The translations under genes were made by a program, and so were the position numbers. From contig JAQUKX010000002.1 of NCBI GenBank assembly GCA_028718865.1, forward strand, positions 8,047 through 72,046: a stretch of 64,000 nt of DNA, written 5' to 3'. Position 1 is the first letter of the stretch, and each line of letters opens with the position of its first letter. The DNA comes from Patescibacteria group bacterium (GTDB taxonomy: Bacteria; Patescibacteriota; Patescibacteriia; UBA1558; GWA2-36-10). The notes beneath the pieces are model-generated. The model was given only the letters and a program-made list of their open reading frames with translations, was not told the origin of the DNA and searched no databases. Shown piece by piece: positions 46,646 through 55,626 of the stretch.

Positions 46646-48691
46646 TTATTTTTTGACCTTTAATAATTTAGCGTTGACAGCCACCACGACCGTGCTTAAG
46701 GACATTAAAACCGCGCCAACGGCCGGGGAAAGCAAAATACCGTAAACCGCCAGAACGCCGGCGGCCAAAGGAATGGCAAAAATGTTGTAGCCGGTAGCCC
46801 ATGCTAAATTCTGAACCATTTTTTTGTAAGTGGCCTTGCCGAATAGAATGAGCGATGTAATATCTTTGGGATTGCTATTGACTAAAATAATATCAGCGGT
46901 TTCGGCGGCCACATCAGTTCCCGACCCGATGGCAATGCCCACGTTAGCTTGTGCCAAGGCCGGGGCGTCGTTAATTCCGTCGCCGACCATAGCCACAAAC
47001 TCGCCCTTGCTCTGCAATTCTTTGATTTTATCCTGTTTTTGATTAGGTAATACTCCAGCAAAATACCCATCGAGGCCGAGGGCGTCAGATACGCTTTTAG
47101 CGGAATTTTCATTGTCGCCGGTCAACATCCAAATCTTTATTCCCTCCTGTTTAAGAATTTTTACGGCCTTAAAAGATTCCTCGCGGATCGTATCGGTTAG
47201 ATTAACAGCGCCAGCCAAGTTGTTTTTATCCTGATCGTGGACAATCAAAAATACGGTTGTGCCTTCAGCGTTTTTAAGATCGTCAGGGATCGTCAAACCA
47301 AGCTCTTTTACATAACCGGGACTGGCGATTGAAATTTTTTTGTTTTCAATTACGCCTTCCGTGCCCTTGCCTTTGATAGCTTTAAACTTTTCTACTTCCG
47401 GCAAAGCGATGTTTCTATTTTTGGCTTCTTTTACAATTGCTTTGGCGATCGGGTGTTCTGAATTTTTATCCAAACCGGCAAACAGCCGCAGTATTTCGGC
47501 CTCTGAATATTCAGCACCAAATGAAAAAACATTTTTTACTCCAAAAGTTCCTTTGGTTAAAGTTCCCGTCTTATCAAAAACAATCGTGGAAATTTTCCGG
47601 GCATTTTCAAAAGCGGTGCGGTTTCTGATCAAAAGTCCGTTTTGAGCAGAGAGCGTAGTGGAAATAGCCGCGACCAAAGGAATGGCCAAACCCAAGGCGT
47701 GCGGACAAGCGATTACCAAGACCGTGGCGGTTCTTTCTATGGCAAAAGCTATATCTCGACCGGCTATAAGCCAGCTGATAAAAGTAATGACACCGACTGA
47801 AATAGCGACAATTGTCAGCCAAAAAGCGGCTTTGTCGGCTAAAGCCTGCGTTTTGGATTTTGATGCTTGGGCTTGTTTTACCAGATTAACGACTTTAGAA
47901 AGATAAGAATTTTCTCCCACGCCCTTGACTTGTATTTGAAGCGACCCATCTTCGTTAACCGAGCCGCCGATCACTTTATTTCCTTTTGTCTTTGAAACCG
48001 GTTTAGCCTCACCGGTTAACATTGATTCGTTAACGAAACTTTCGCCACCAATAATAATGCCGTCAGTCGGAATCTTCTCGCCGGGCTTGACCAAAATAAC
48101 ATCGCCGTCTTTTAATTGGCTGGTGGCAACATCCTGCGTCTCATTGCCTTTTAATAAATGAGCATTGTCAGGAATAAGAGCAGAAAGTTTTTCCAAGGCC
48201 ATGGACGCACCCATTACAGACTTCATCTCAATCCAGTGACCTAAAAGCATGATATCTATTAAAGTCACCAGCTCCCAGAAAAACACTTTACCGGCTAAAC
48301 CGAATACTACCGCCGAACTGTAAACATACGCCACGGCGATTGCCAGACTGATAAGTGTCATCATACCAATCGCCCGATTTTTAAATTCATTTTTCGCTCC
48401 GGCCAGGAATGGCCAACCGCCGTAGAAAAAGACAAACGAGGAGAGCAAAAACAGCAAATATTTATCTCCGGGAAAAGTCAGAGAAAATTTTAGAAATTGT
48501 TGCACTAACGGGGAAAGCGCCAGTACTGGAAAAGTCAAAACAAGAGACGCATAAAATCTCTTTTTAAACATTCCTATGGAATGTCCGGCATGCTTATTGT
48601 GGCCTTCATGTTCCGAGCGGTTTTGGTGCTCGTCGTGATCCGTTTGCGAATGACCGTGATGATTGTGTTGATTGTGATTTTTGTGATCCAT
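46646..48691 (-). CDS. copB: P1B-type heavy-metal ATPase, CopB-like (His-rich N-terminus, CPH motif)
   Basis: N-terminal HNHHGHSQTDHDEH stretch, TM CPH (ACPHALG), DKTGTLT phosphorylation site, GDGINDAP. Confidence 0.85.
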   Translation of the reverse strand: MDHKNHNQHNHHGHSQTDHDEHQNRSEHEGHNKHAGHSIGMFKKRFYASLVLTFPVLALSPLVQQFLKFSLTFPGDKYLLFLLSSFVFFYGGWPFLAGAKNEFKNRAIGMMTLISLAIAVAYVYSSAVVFGLAGKVFFWELVTLIDIMLLGHWIEMKSVMGASMALEKLSALIPDNAHLLKGNETQDVATSQLKDGDVILVKPGEKIPTDGIIIGGESFVNESMLTGEAKPVSKTKGNKVIGGSVNEDGSLQIQVKGVGENSYLSKVVNLVKQAQASKSKTQALADKAAFWLTIVAISVGVITFISWLIAGRDIAFAIERTATVLVIACPHALGLAIPLVAAISTTLSAQNGLLIRNRTAFENARKISTIVFDKTGTLTKGTFGVKNVFSFGAEYSEAEILRLFAGLDKNSEHPIAKAIVKEAKNRNIALPEVEKFKAIKGKGTEGVIENKKISIASPGYVKELGLTIPDDLKNAEGTTVFLIVHDQDKNNLAGAVNLTDTIREESFKAVKILKQEGIKIWMLTGDNENSAKSVSDALGLDGYFAGVLPNQKQDKIKELQSKGEFVAMVGDGINDAPALAQANVGIAIGSGTDVAAETADIILVNSNPKDITSLILFGKATYKKMVQNLAWATGYNIFAIPLAAGVLAVYGILLSPAVGAVLMSLSTVVVAVNAKLLKVKK

Positions 48692-48732
48692 ACTATTTAT
48701 ATTTTATCAAAATTTATAAAAAAGGCATACGT

Positions 48733-48807
48733 GCGGCTGTCAAAATGCTTAGGGGAGAAGAACCGTACAACGAGGAAGCTATGAAATGGATGGAACGGAC
48801 AAAATAA
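48733..48807 (+). repeat. copy A of the partially conserved ORF remnant (.. AAVKMLRGEEPYNEEAMKWMERTK*)
   Basis: About 88% identical over about 63 nt to copy B. Differences mostly synonymous third positions. Confidence 0.6.
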
Positions 48808-48823
48808 TAAAAAACAATACGAT

Positions 48824-49360
48824 TTACTCAATACAACAATCAATCGCTTTTTTCACCAATGTACCCAGCTTGCCCATAAATCCTTTCTTTTCCTCGTCCT
48901 GTTTGTTCAAAGCGTTTTCGTCTATTTTCTTGATATCGCCGACATTGAGCAATTTCATATTCAGCCCCCAAAACAGCGAGTAGAGATTATAGGCCTTGCC
49001 AAATAGGTCATAGGCCTCCTCCTTCCTGTCCATGCCAAGCTGTTTGGTGCCGACTTCCATCAGGCGGTAACTGGCCGCCAGCAAATGCTTGGAAATGCAC
49101 CAGACCTCTCCCTCGTATTCCTTGATGATCTTTTTAAGAAGTTCTTTTCGCATTTCGCGCACATCCTTGATCATGTCGTAGTATTCAGTTTTGCCAAGCT
49201 TCGCTCCGGTGAAGAAGAAATGCTCCTCAATGCTCACCAGATTCATGATGGCGATGCTCAAGTCCTGATCCGAAGACAAGTCCATCTTGTCCTGCTTTTT
49301 CATCTGGTCGACTTTTTCAATAAATTCGTTTAGATTTTTAATCGGGTTTTGGCTGCTCAT
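48824..49360 (-). CDS. hypothetical cytoplasmic protein (178 aa)
   Basis: ORF track only. Confidence 0.5.
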   Translation of the reverse strand: MSSQNPIKNLNEFIEKVDQMKKQDKMDLSSDQDLSIAIMNLVSIEEHFFFTGAKLGKTEYYDMIKDVREMRKELLKKIIKEYEGEVWCISKHLLAASYRLMEVGTKQLGMDRKEEAYDLFGKAYNLYSLFWGLNMKLLNVGDIKKIDENALNKQDEEKKGFMGKLGTLVKKAIDCCIE

Positions 49361-49372
49361 ATAGTTGGTTGG

Positions 49373-49888
49373 TTATTTTGTTAAGAAATAAAAGATCAGA
49401 CTCATGACGATAAGCGGGCTGACCGGCATGACGACTTTTTGAAATGGGAAGTAAGCATGGCCGCCGTTTTTCTCTTTTAAGTGATAATACCAACTTGCTC
49501 CGAACCAAAACGCGATACTTCCAACAATGATGCCGACAATCAGTTTATCAAGTCCGCAGGCGCAGATGGTGTTGAGCGGATTACCCATGATGCCCATGAA
49601 ATAAAGCGGCACGACGATCAGGAGATAGTAACCGGAAATCGTTGCCAGGGCCCGGCCGCGGAAGCGGATGTTTTTCTTGTCAAACCACGAAAGCGTCCAC
49701 GTAATCATGGATACCGTCAGGCCGCCAATCCATAGACCGGTGATGGAATCATCTATGCCTAACCATCGGGATAATCCAACACCAGCTCCCACGGCAATAG
49801 TGCAGATCGGACAGACCGCCAGAGCTTGCTTGGCAAAAAGGAGGCTTACCGCCATGACCGTCAGCGAAAATAAAATAACTTTTTTCAT
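49373..49888 (-). CDS. membrane protein with CPIC/CAC Cys motifs (start at internal ATG, MKKVILF)
   Basis: 4 TM with conserved Cys pairs. The longer track ORF has no supporting features. Confidence 0.55.
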   Translation of the reverse strand: MKKVILFSLTVMAVSLLFAKQALAVCPICTIAVGAGVGLSRWLGIDDSITGLWIGGLTVSMITWTLSWFDKKNIRFRGRALATISGYYLLIVVPLYFMGIMGNPLNTICACGLDKLIVGIIVGSIAFWFGASWYYHLKEKNGGHAYFPFQKVVMPVSPLIVMSLIFYFLTK

Positions 49889-49889
49889 A

Positions 49890-50303
49890 TTATTGTCCGT
49901 TGGTTTTTGTTTTAAAAAATTCAATAATGTCTTGATCGCCCACAAGACACTTTGAGCCGTCCCAGAGGAACGGAACGCCAATGGAGTCGGTTGGCATGCC
50001 GCACGCTCTCGCTTTGGCAACCAGCTCGTCAGCGTTATGTTTGTTGTAATATACTTCTTTTTTGGCAAAAGAAACTTTCGCCTCTACGCCGTTTTGATTG
50101 ACGTATTCCTCGACAATGGCGCAATGCGGACATCCGTCGCCGTAAAACAAAATGATGCCATCAGAAACGACTGCCGACTGATTCTCAGTATTTTCAACCG
50201 TGGCTACGGGAACGTCTGATGGTCTTTTGTTCAACAAAGCCACTATCGCAAAAACAGCAACGATTATGAATAAGATTGTCGGAGCGATGATTTTTTTGTT
50301 CAT
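49890..50303 (-). CDS. membrane-anchored thioredoxin-fold protein (CPHC active site)
   Basis: N-terminal TM; GDGCPHCA motif. Confidence 0.65.
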   Translation of the reverse strand: MNKKIIAPTILFIIVAVFAIVALLNKRPSDVPVATVENTENQSAVVSDGIILFYGDGCPHCAIVEEYVNQNGVEAKVSFAKKEVYYNKHNADELVAKARACGMPTDSIGVPFLWDGSKCLVGDQDIIEFFKTKTNGQ

Positions 50304-51016
50304 GAGAGTAAAAACTTAATTAAATATTGCGAATAATAAATTCCGGTTACCACAAATGTCGCGGCTACTGCATATCTGAACCACTTTTCGATTTTTTGAA
50401 CCGCCTGGAACGCTTTGCCAACGGCTTGCATGCTGAAAGCTATTAAAAAAGAGAAGATGATAACCGGCAGTCCGGTGCCTACGGCAAAAAGCGGCGGCAA
50501 AACAAGCCCGCCGGTTGATTTGAGCACCAGCGGAATTAAGACCCCAAAAAACAACACGCCGCTGTAAGGACAAAAGGCAAAGGCAAACAGCATGCCCAAG
50601 GCCAGCGCGCCCAGATGGCCCTTGTCCGCCAGCCATAATTTTACTTTTTCCATTGCTTGGCCGTTTCCTTTCAAATTGATTTTTATAACCCCGAACATCA
50701 CCAACCCGATGAGTATTAAAACCGGACCCAACACCTTGTCGCCCCAGCCTTGGAAAATTCTGGCAATTTGGAAAGACGAGAGCCCGAAATAAATCAGGGT
50801 CGCAAGCAAGGTATAGCTTATGCCTCTCCCCAGCGTATAAAAAAATCCGGACAGGATCGTATGCTTGGGTGTTTTTATGTCTTTGGAAATATAGGCGATG
50901 GCCGTAATGTTTGTCGCCAGAGGACAGGGGCTGATGGAAGTAAGTACTCCCAAAAGAAAGGCCGACAAAATCGGAATGTTGTAGTTGTCTATTAAAGCAT
51001 TTATAAATTCGGTCAT
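50300..51016 (-). CDS. ccdA: CcdA/DsbD-family thiol:disulfide transmembrane electron transporter
   Basis: 6 TM with conserved Cys in TM1/TM4 (ISPCPLAT). Confidence 0.75.
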   Translation of the reverse strand: MTEFINALIDNYNIPILSAFLLGVLTSISPCPLATNITAIAYISKDIKTPKHTILSGFFYTLGRGISYTLLATLIYFGLSSFQIARIFQGWGDKVLGPVLILIGLVMFGVIKINLKGNGQAMEKVKLWLADKGHLGALALGMLFAFAFCPYSGVLFFGVLIPLVLKSTGGLVLPPLFAVGTGLPVIIFSFLIAFSMQAVGKAFQAVQKIEKWFRYAVAATFVVTGIYYSQYLIKFLLS

Positions 51017-51020
51017 AGCT

Positions 51021-51527
51021 TTAGGATTTGCCGAGCAGTTTTTTCAGCTTGGCTTCAAAGTAATCCACGAATTGCTGTTCATTGGTAACCAGCCGCCAGA
51101 CAGTTACATCCTCCTCGATCTTTTCGCTTTCGGCAGTAATTGCGTTGGTATAAAGAGATGATCCGCCAGCTTGATACTTCATGACTATATCCCTATTTTC
51201 GGCCAGTTCGCCATTCACATCTTTATAAACAATAACGCCGTTCTTGTATTCCTCCGGAAATTTTTCCTTGATAGTTTTGAGGGCGTATTCGCCGACGGTA
51301 ATGCATGACCAGCATTGCTGAGTGGCATGGAAGTGGACGACCTCTATTTTCTCGGCTGTTAGAATCCTCGATGAATATCCTTGATCGGACGACACGCTCT
51401 GATTGCTTTGGCTGTTTTGATTATCCGCGACAGCTTCGGACGATCTCGGCGATCCGGAGCTGGCGATGGCCAGGACGACGAGAACCCCGATGCCGATTAT
51501 TGATCCGATAATAATTTTTTTGTTCAT
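51021..51527 (-). CDS. secreted thioredoxin-like protein (CWSC)
   Basis: Signal/TM anchor; HATQQCWSCI motif. Confidence 0.5.
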   Translation of the reverse strand: MNKKIIIGSIIGIGVLVVLAIASSGSPRSSEAVADNQNSQSNQSVSSDQGYSSRILTAEKIEVVHFHATQQCWSCITVGEYALKTIKEKFPEEYKNGVIVYKDVNGELAENRDIVMKYQAGGSSLYTNAITAESEKIEEDVTVWRLVTNEQQFVDYFEAKLKKLLGKS

Positions 51528-51531
51528 AATT

Positions 51532-52506
51532 TTATTTTACAAAGGCATTAAACAAATACCCGATTACGATTATATTTATGGTTGTTATTCCAAAAAAATA
51601 GACCAGCAGCTTTACTTTCATCACTCTCTTGAGGATGAGTGCTTCCGGCAGAGAAAGGCCGACCACCGCCATCATAAAGGCCATTGCCGTGCCAAGAGGG
51701 ATGCCTTTTTCAACAAGTGATTGCATAATCGGAATAACCCCGACAGCATTGGCATACATCGGCACAGCAACTATGGTGGCAATCGGCACGGCCAATAAAT
51801 TATCGGCGGTAATGTATTGTTCAAAAAATCCGGCTGGGACATAGCCGTGAATGAGCGCGCCAACGCCGATACCCAAAAGCACGTACGGAGTTATTTTCTT
51901 TGTTAAAGCCCATCCTTCTCGCCAGAATAATTTCAATAAGTCCCGGAAAGGTAGTTTATTTTTGGTAGTTTTGTTTTTCCGGCTCTTTATCTGCCAGACA
52001 TAATCAGCTACATATTTTTCCAGTTTGAGTTTGCCCAAAATAAAACCGCCGATTACGCCTAGCAGAATAGCCGCGACAACATACAGGATTGTTATTTTCC
52101 AACCAAACAATCCGGCAAACAGGACAACCGCGACTTGGTTCACGAGCGGCGAGGTGATGAGAAATGATAAGGTCACGCCAAGCGGAATACCGGTTTCCAG
52201 AAAACCAATAAAAAGAGGAATGGACGAGCAGGAGCAGAATGGCGTGATCGTGCCAAAAGCGGCGGCCAGCAAATAATCCAACCCATACCATTTCCTCGAA
52301 GCCAGAAAGTCGCGGAGCTTTTCAACCGGCAAGTAATGTCTGACAATGGCCATGAAATAGTTAATGACCAAAAGTAAGATAAGAATTTTCAGGGAATCGT
52401 AAATAAAAAAGTTAGCCGACGATCCAAGACGGGATTCCGGACCTATTTTAATAAGTCCATACGTCAGCCAATCGGCTAATAGTTGAAGTGGGTAAAAGAT
52501 GTCCAT
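51532..52506 (-). CDS. permease (DUF318-like)
   Basis: 8+ TM; typical partner of redox-active disulfide protein 2 and ArsR. Confidence 0.7.
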   Translation of the reverse strand: MDIFYPLQLLADWLTYGLIKIGPESRLGSSANFFIYDSLKILILLLVINYFMAIVRHYLPVEKLRDFLASRKWYGLDYLLAAAFGTITPFCSCSSIPLFIGFLETGIPLGVTLSFLITSPLVNQVAVVLFAGLFGWKITILYVVAAILLGVIGGFILGKLKLEKYVADYVWQIKSRKNKTTKNKLPFRDLLKLFWREGWALTKKITPYVLLGIGVGALIHGYVPAGFFEQYITADNLLAVPIATIVAVPMYANAVGVIPIMQSLVEKGIPLGTAMAFMMAVVGLSLPEALILKRVMKVKLLVYFFGITTINIIVIGYLFNAFVK

Positions 52507-52512
52507 ATCCTT

Positions 52513-52764
52513 TTATTTCGCGTTTTCTTTTATCAGTTGCTTAATTTTTTCAATGTCAGGCGTAAACCCGGTCATGGCCGGTTTGCCATTCACAGCCAGA
52601 ACCGGACTCGACATCACTCCCATCTCGACGATTTTTTGAATGTCGGTGATGTATTCCACTTCCACGCCGAGATTCATTTCGGCGACCGCTTCTTTCGTCA
52701 GTTCATACAGTTTTTTACAAGTCGAGCATCCCGATCCCAAGACTTGAATTTTGACGCTATTCAT
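52513..52764 (-). CDS. redox-active disulfide protein 2 (small thioredoxin-fold, CSTC)
   Basis: 83 aa, GSGCSTCKKL. Confidence 0.7.
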   Translation of the reverse strand: MNSVKIQVLGSGCSTCKKLYELTKEAVAEMNLGVEVEYITDIQKIVEMGVMSSPVLAVNGKPAMTGFTPDIEKIKQLIKENAK

Positions 52765-53071
52765 AGGATTGTAAAAATTTATTTAATAATGAATTGAATT
52801 TTGACATTTCTTTTTTGTTAATCCAATAAATCACCCTGAGCCCTTCTTTCCGGGAATCAATAAGACCTGCGTCTTTAAGCACTTTCAGGTGATGAGAGGC
52901 CAGGTTTTGAGGAATATCCAAATCCTGCCAGATATCGCAAACACAGCGTTCCCCGCCCTTAAGAACGCAAAGAATTTTCAGCCGGTTATCTTCGGCGATA
53001 ATTTTTAGAAGCTCGGCCGTTTGGCTTACTTCCTGACGGTTATTTTTGTCTGTGCAGCATTTTGGCTTCAT
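52757..53071 (-). CDS. arsR: ArsR/SmtB-family metalloregulator
   Basis: wHTH with CVCD metal site (ERCVCDIWQ). Confidence 0.8.
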   Translation of the reverse strand: MKPKCCTDKNNRQEVSQTAELLKIIAEDNRLKILCVLKGGERCVCDIWQDLDIPQNLASHHLKVLKDAGLIDSRKEGLRVIYWINKKEMSKFNSLLNKFLQSYE

Positions 53072-53142
53072 ATCCTTATTACATCAATTTATATTGATAT
53101 AGTAGCAAAAAGAAAAAGAGCCGTAAAGCCCTTCTGAAAAAC

Positions 53143-53220
53143 GCGGCCGTTAAAATGTTCCGGGGAGAAGAACCATACAACGAGGAAGCCATGAGGTGGA
53201 TGGAAAAAGTCGAACATTAA
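53143..53220 (+). repeat. copy B of the partially conserved ORF remnant (.. AAVKMFRGEEPYNEEAMRWMEKVEH*)
   Basis: See copy A. In-frame TGA about 50 nt upstream, so it is a remnant. Confidence 0.6.
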
Positions 53221-53324
53221 GCGTGGTGCGTATCTTACCTGCTCTCTGCTGTAAGATAAATTTATTTCGCACAATACAAAATTAAGTAAACCGAACCGGG
53301 TCGTGTTTACTTAACAAAGCCTCC

Positions 53325-53651
53325 TTATCCAAACACGAACACTTTATCAGATTCTTCAACCACCTTGAGCAAATCGGTCATGGTAGAGACGGGACAGACT
53401 CCGGCTTCCTTTTTGCCGCGAATTTCCAAACATGTACCACAAGCATACAGCTTTCCTTTCAATTCCTTGTATTCCGCAACTTTCTTTGAGATGTCGAAGT
53501 GTTCCGTGTCGGCAATAGTATCAAGCTCGGATCCCTCGCTCATCAAAAATATAGTCACATCATGACTGGCTTTAAGCGAAGTGATGCCGAAACGAAATGT
53601 GTTCCAAATATGTTCCGGGTTGTTGGATTGTAAGATTATACCGAACTTCAT
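53325..53651 (-). CDS. DsrE/DsrF-like sulfur-relay family protein
   Basis: 108 aa; conserved Cys (YACGTC), DsrE-like fold pattern. Confidence 0.65.
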   Translation of the reverse strand: MKFGIILQSNNPEHIWNTFRFGITSLKASHDVTIFLMSEGSELDTIADTEHFDISKKVAEYKELKGKLYACGTCLEIRGKKEAGVCPVSTMTDLLKVVEESDKVFVFG

Positions 53652-53688
53652 AAGTCTATTGTAGCAAAAAAGATAAAATTTAAAAATA

Positions 53689-54408
53689 TCACGGCCAAAG
53701 AATTAACTTAATGCCTATGGCGAGAAGAAAAATGGCAATAATGACACGGAACTTATTCTGCGGTATCCGGTCAACGATCCTTTTTGCGATCTGCGCTCCG
53801 AAAAAAGAGACTGGAATAAAAAGAATCAGTCCGTACCACAACTCTCTCGGCAATGTCGCGCCTCCGGTGAAATAGGTAATAATACGAGTAGAGTCTACCA
53901 ACAGCCCAATCGCTCCGGCGGTAGCGATGAAAACGGCTTTAGGCAAGTCAAAAGCAGAAAGAAACGCACTCCGGATTGCGCCACCAATGCCGAACATCCC
54001 GGCAAAGAATCCCGACAAAGCTCCGCCGGATATTGCTGTGATATTCCCGGCCGGTATTTTGAACTTTGACTGAAAGGCCACGAACAAGGCATATCCGGCT
54101 AGAAACGCGCCGAGGACACGAAGCAGTATTTCCTCATTTACACCGAGCGAGATATATGCGCCAAGATAACTTGTTGCAAGACCAACTAAACCGAAGAGTA
54201 CGAGTAGCCGAACATTAAATCCTTTGCGGAACAGCGAGACTTTCCATACATCGCCGAACCAATGGATAATCGCCACTAAAAATATCGCCTCGACCGGCGG
54301 AAAGAATATCACCAACACCGGAATCATGAGCGTGGATGTTCCGAAGCCAGTAATTGTGCCGATGGTAGCGGCTACGAGTGTTAAGATTGAGATGTATAAA
54401 ATTTCCAT
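53689..54408 (-). CDS. TauE/SafE-family (sulfite/anion exporter, DUF81) membrane protein
   Basis: Two 4-TM repeats, Gly-rich TM motifs. Confidence 0.75.
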   Translation of the reverse strand: MEILYISILTLVAATIGTITGFGTSTLMIPVLVIFFPPVEAIFLVAIIHWFGDVWKVSLFRKGFNVRLLVLFGLVGLATSYLGAYISLGVNEEILLRVLGAFLAGYALFVAFQSKFKIPAGNITAISGGALSGFFAGMFGIGGAIRSAFLSAFDLPKAVFIATAGAIGLLVDSTRIITYFTGGATLPRELWYGLILFIPVSFFGAQIAKRIVDRIPQNKFRVIIAIFLLAIGIKLILWP

Positions 54409-54411
54409 AGA

Positions 54412-54717
54412 TTATTTTTGTGTATCCCGATGTTCCAAGAGTTTCTCGGCTGGGGAGATACCGCCAAGAATTTCATGTGGGAAGTAATTCCAAGCATCGG
54501 TGACCAGCTCAAGCACGTTGCTTAATTCTGAAGCGTCTCCGCCGCGATCAAACATAGCCACTACTTTCATCATGCCGTCGTTATCTTCTTCGTTGTAAAT
54601 GGCGTCCCGGACATGATCTAAGGTAAACTCACTCCCTGTTTCTTTTAGCATTTCCGCGAGCTCCTGCTCGATCTCTTTTCTCCGTTCAAAAATTTGTTGT
54701 TTAGATTCGATTTCCAT
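54412..54717 (-). CDS. hypothetical acidic protein (101 aa)
   Basis: ORF track only. Confidence 0.45.
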   Translation of the reverse strand: MEIESKQQIFERRKEIEQELAEMLKETGSEFTLDHVRDAIYNEEDNDGMMKVVAMFDRGGDASELSNVLELVTDAWNYFPHEILGGISPAEKLLEHRDTQK

Positions 54718-54759
54718 AAATTATTCGACCCGACCTGTTTGCGCGCAAGCAGAACCCCC

Positions 54760-55626
54760 TTAAACTTTTACTGGGCTAAGCTCTTTTGGAAAAATCATTA
54801 CCTCTCTGCCGATTTTAGATTCATATGCGTTGTGTTGAATAGCAAAACCCCTCAGGCGCATTGATGCATATAAATTTTTAATATACGGCACATCATCGTA
54901 AGTCATGATCCATTTTTTGAATGATGATTCTCCCAAAAATTCTGATAGATTTTCGTGATCTTTGTTGCTGTAATGGTTTAGATATAGTGACTGTCCTTTC
55001 TGGAAATATGGCGGATCAAGAAATATAAAATGTTGATTTTTATTTTTGCGTCCTTCCATTTTTTTTAACAATTCTATTCCGTCCAGATTGTATACTTCAA
55101 TTTTATTACGAAATTCTTTAACCTTTTCCAATCGGTCAATGATAGTCTGTTTGGTAAAGCGTGCGTTTACTTTCCATGTTCCGGATTGATCAATTCCTCC
55201 TATCGGTCCGCCATTCATGATCCCTGAACGGTTTGTTCTGTTTAAAAATAGAGTGGCAAATGCAAGTTTACGGTCGCTTTTTGTAGATGTATAAATTGTT
55301 TTTTGTCTTCTCCATTCCTCTATGGTAACCTCGGTCCGCTTTATCTTACCGATTAAATAATCGGCATCAGAAACAGCTATTTTCCAAAAAGTAAAAATTG
55401 CTTTATCAAGATCATTGATAACAATTTTTTCTACTTTTTTGGCAAATAGTAGAGCAAGCGAAGCGCCCGCTCCTCCCGCATATGGTTCCACCAAAACAAC
55501 TTTTTCTTTTTGATCGAAGTTTTTCTCTATTGCCTCAAGCAGTTTATTGGCAAGACGGGTCTTCCCGCCAGGGTAACGCAGAGGGCTGGAGAAACCCGAT
55601 ATTTTTTTGTCAGTTTCTTTTTTCAT
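54760..55626 (-). CDS. Dam-like (D12-class) N6-adenine DNA methyltransferase
   Basis: Motif I region PLRYPGGK; motif IV DPPY (FLDPPYF). Confidence 0.8.
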   Translation of the reverse strand: MKKETDKKISGFSSPLRYPGGKTRLANKLLEAIEKNFDQKEKVVLVEPYAGGAGASLALLFAKKVEKIVINDLDKAIFTFWKIAVSDADYLIGKIKRTEVTIEEWRRQKTIYTSTKSDRKLAFATLFLNRTNRSGIMNGGPIGGIDQSGTWKVNARFTKQTIIDRLEKVKEFRNKIEVYNLDGIELLKKMEGRKNKNQHFIFLDPPYFQKGQSLYLNHYSNKDHENLSEFLGESSFKKWIMTYDDVPYIKNLYASMRLRGFAIQHNAYESKIGREVMIFPKELSPVKV

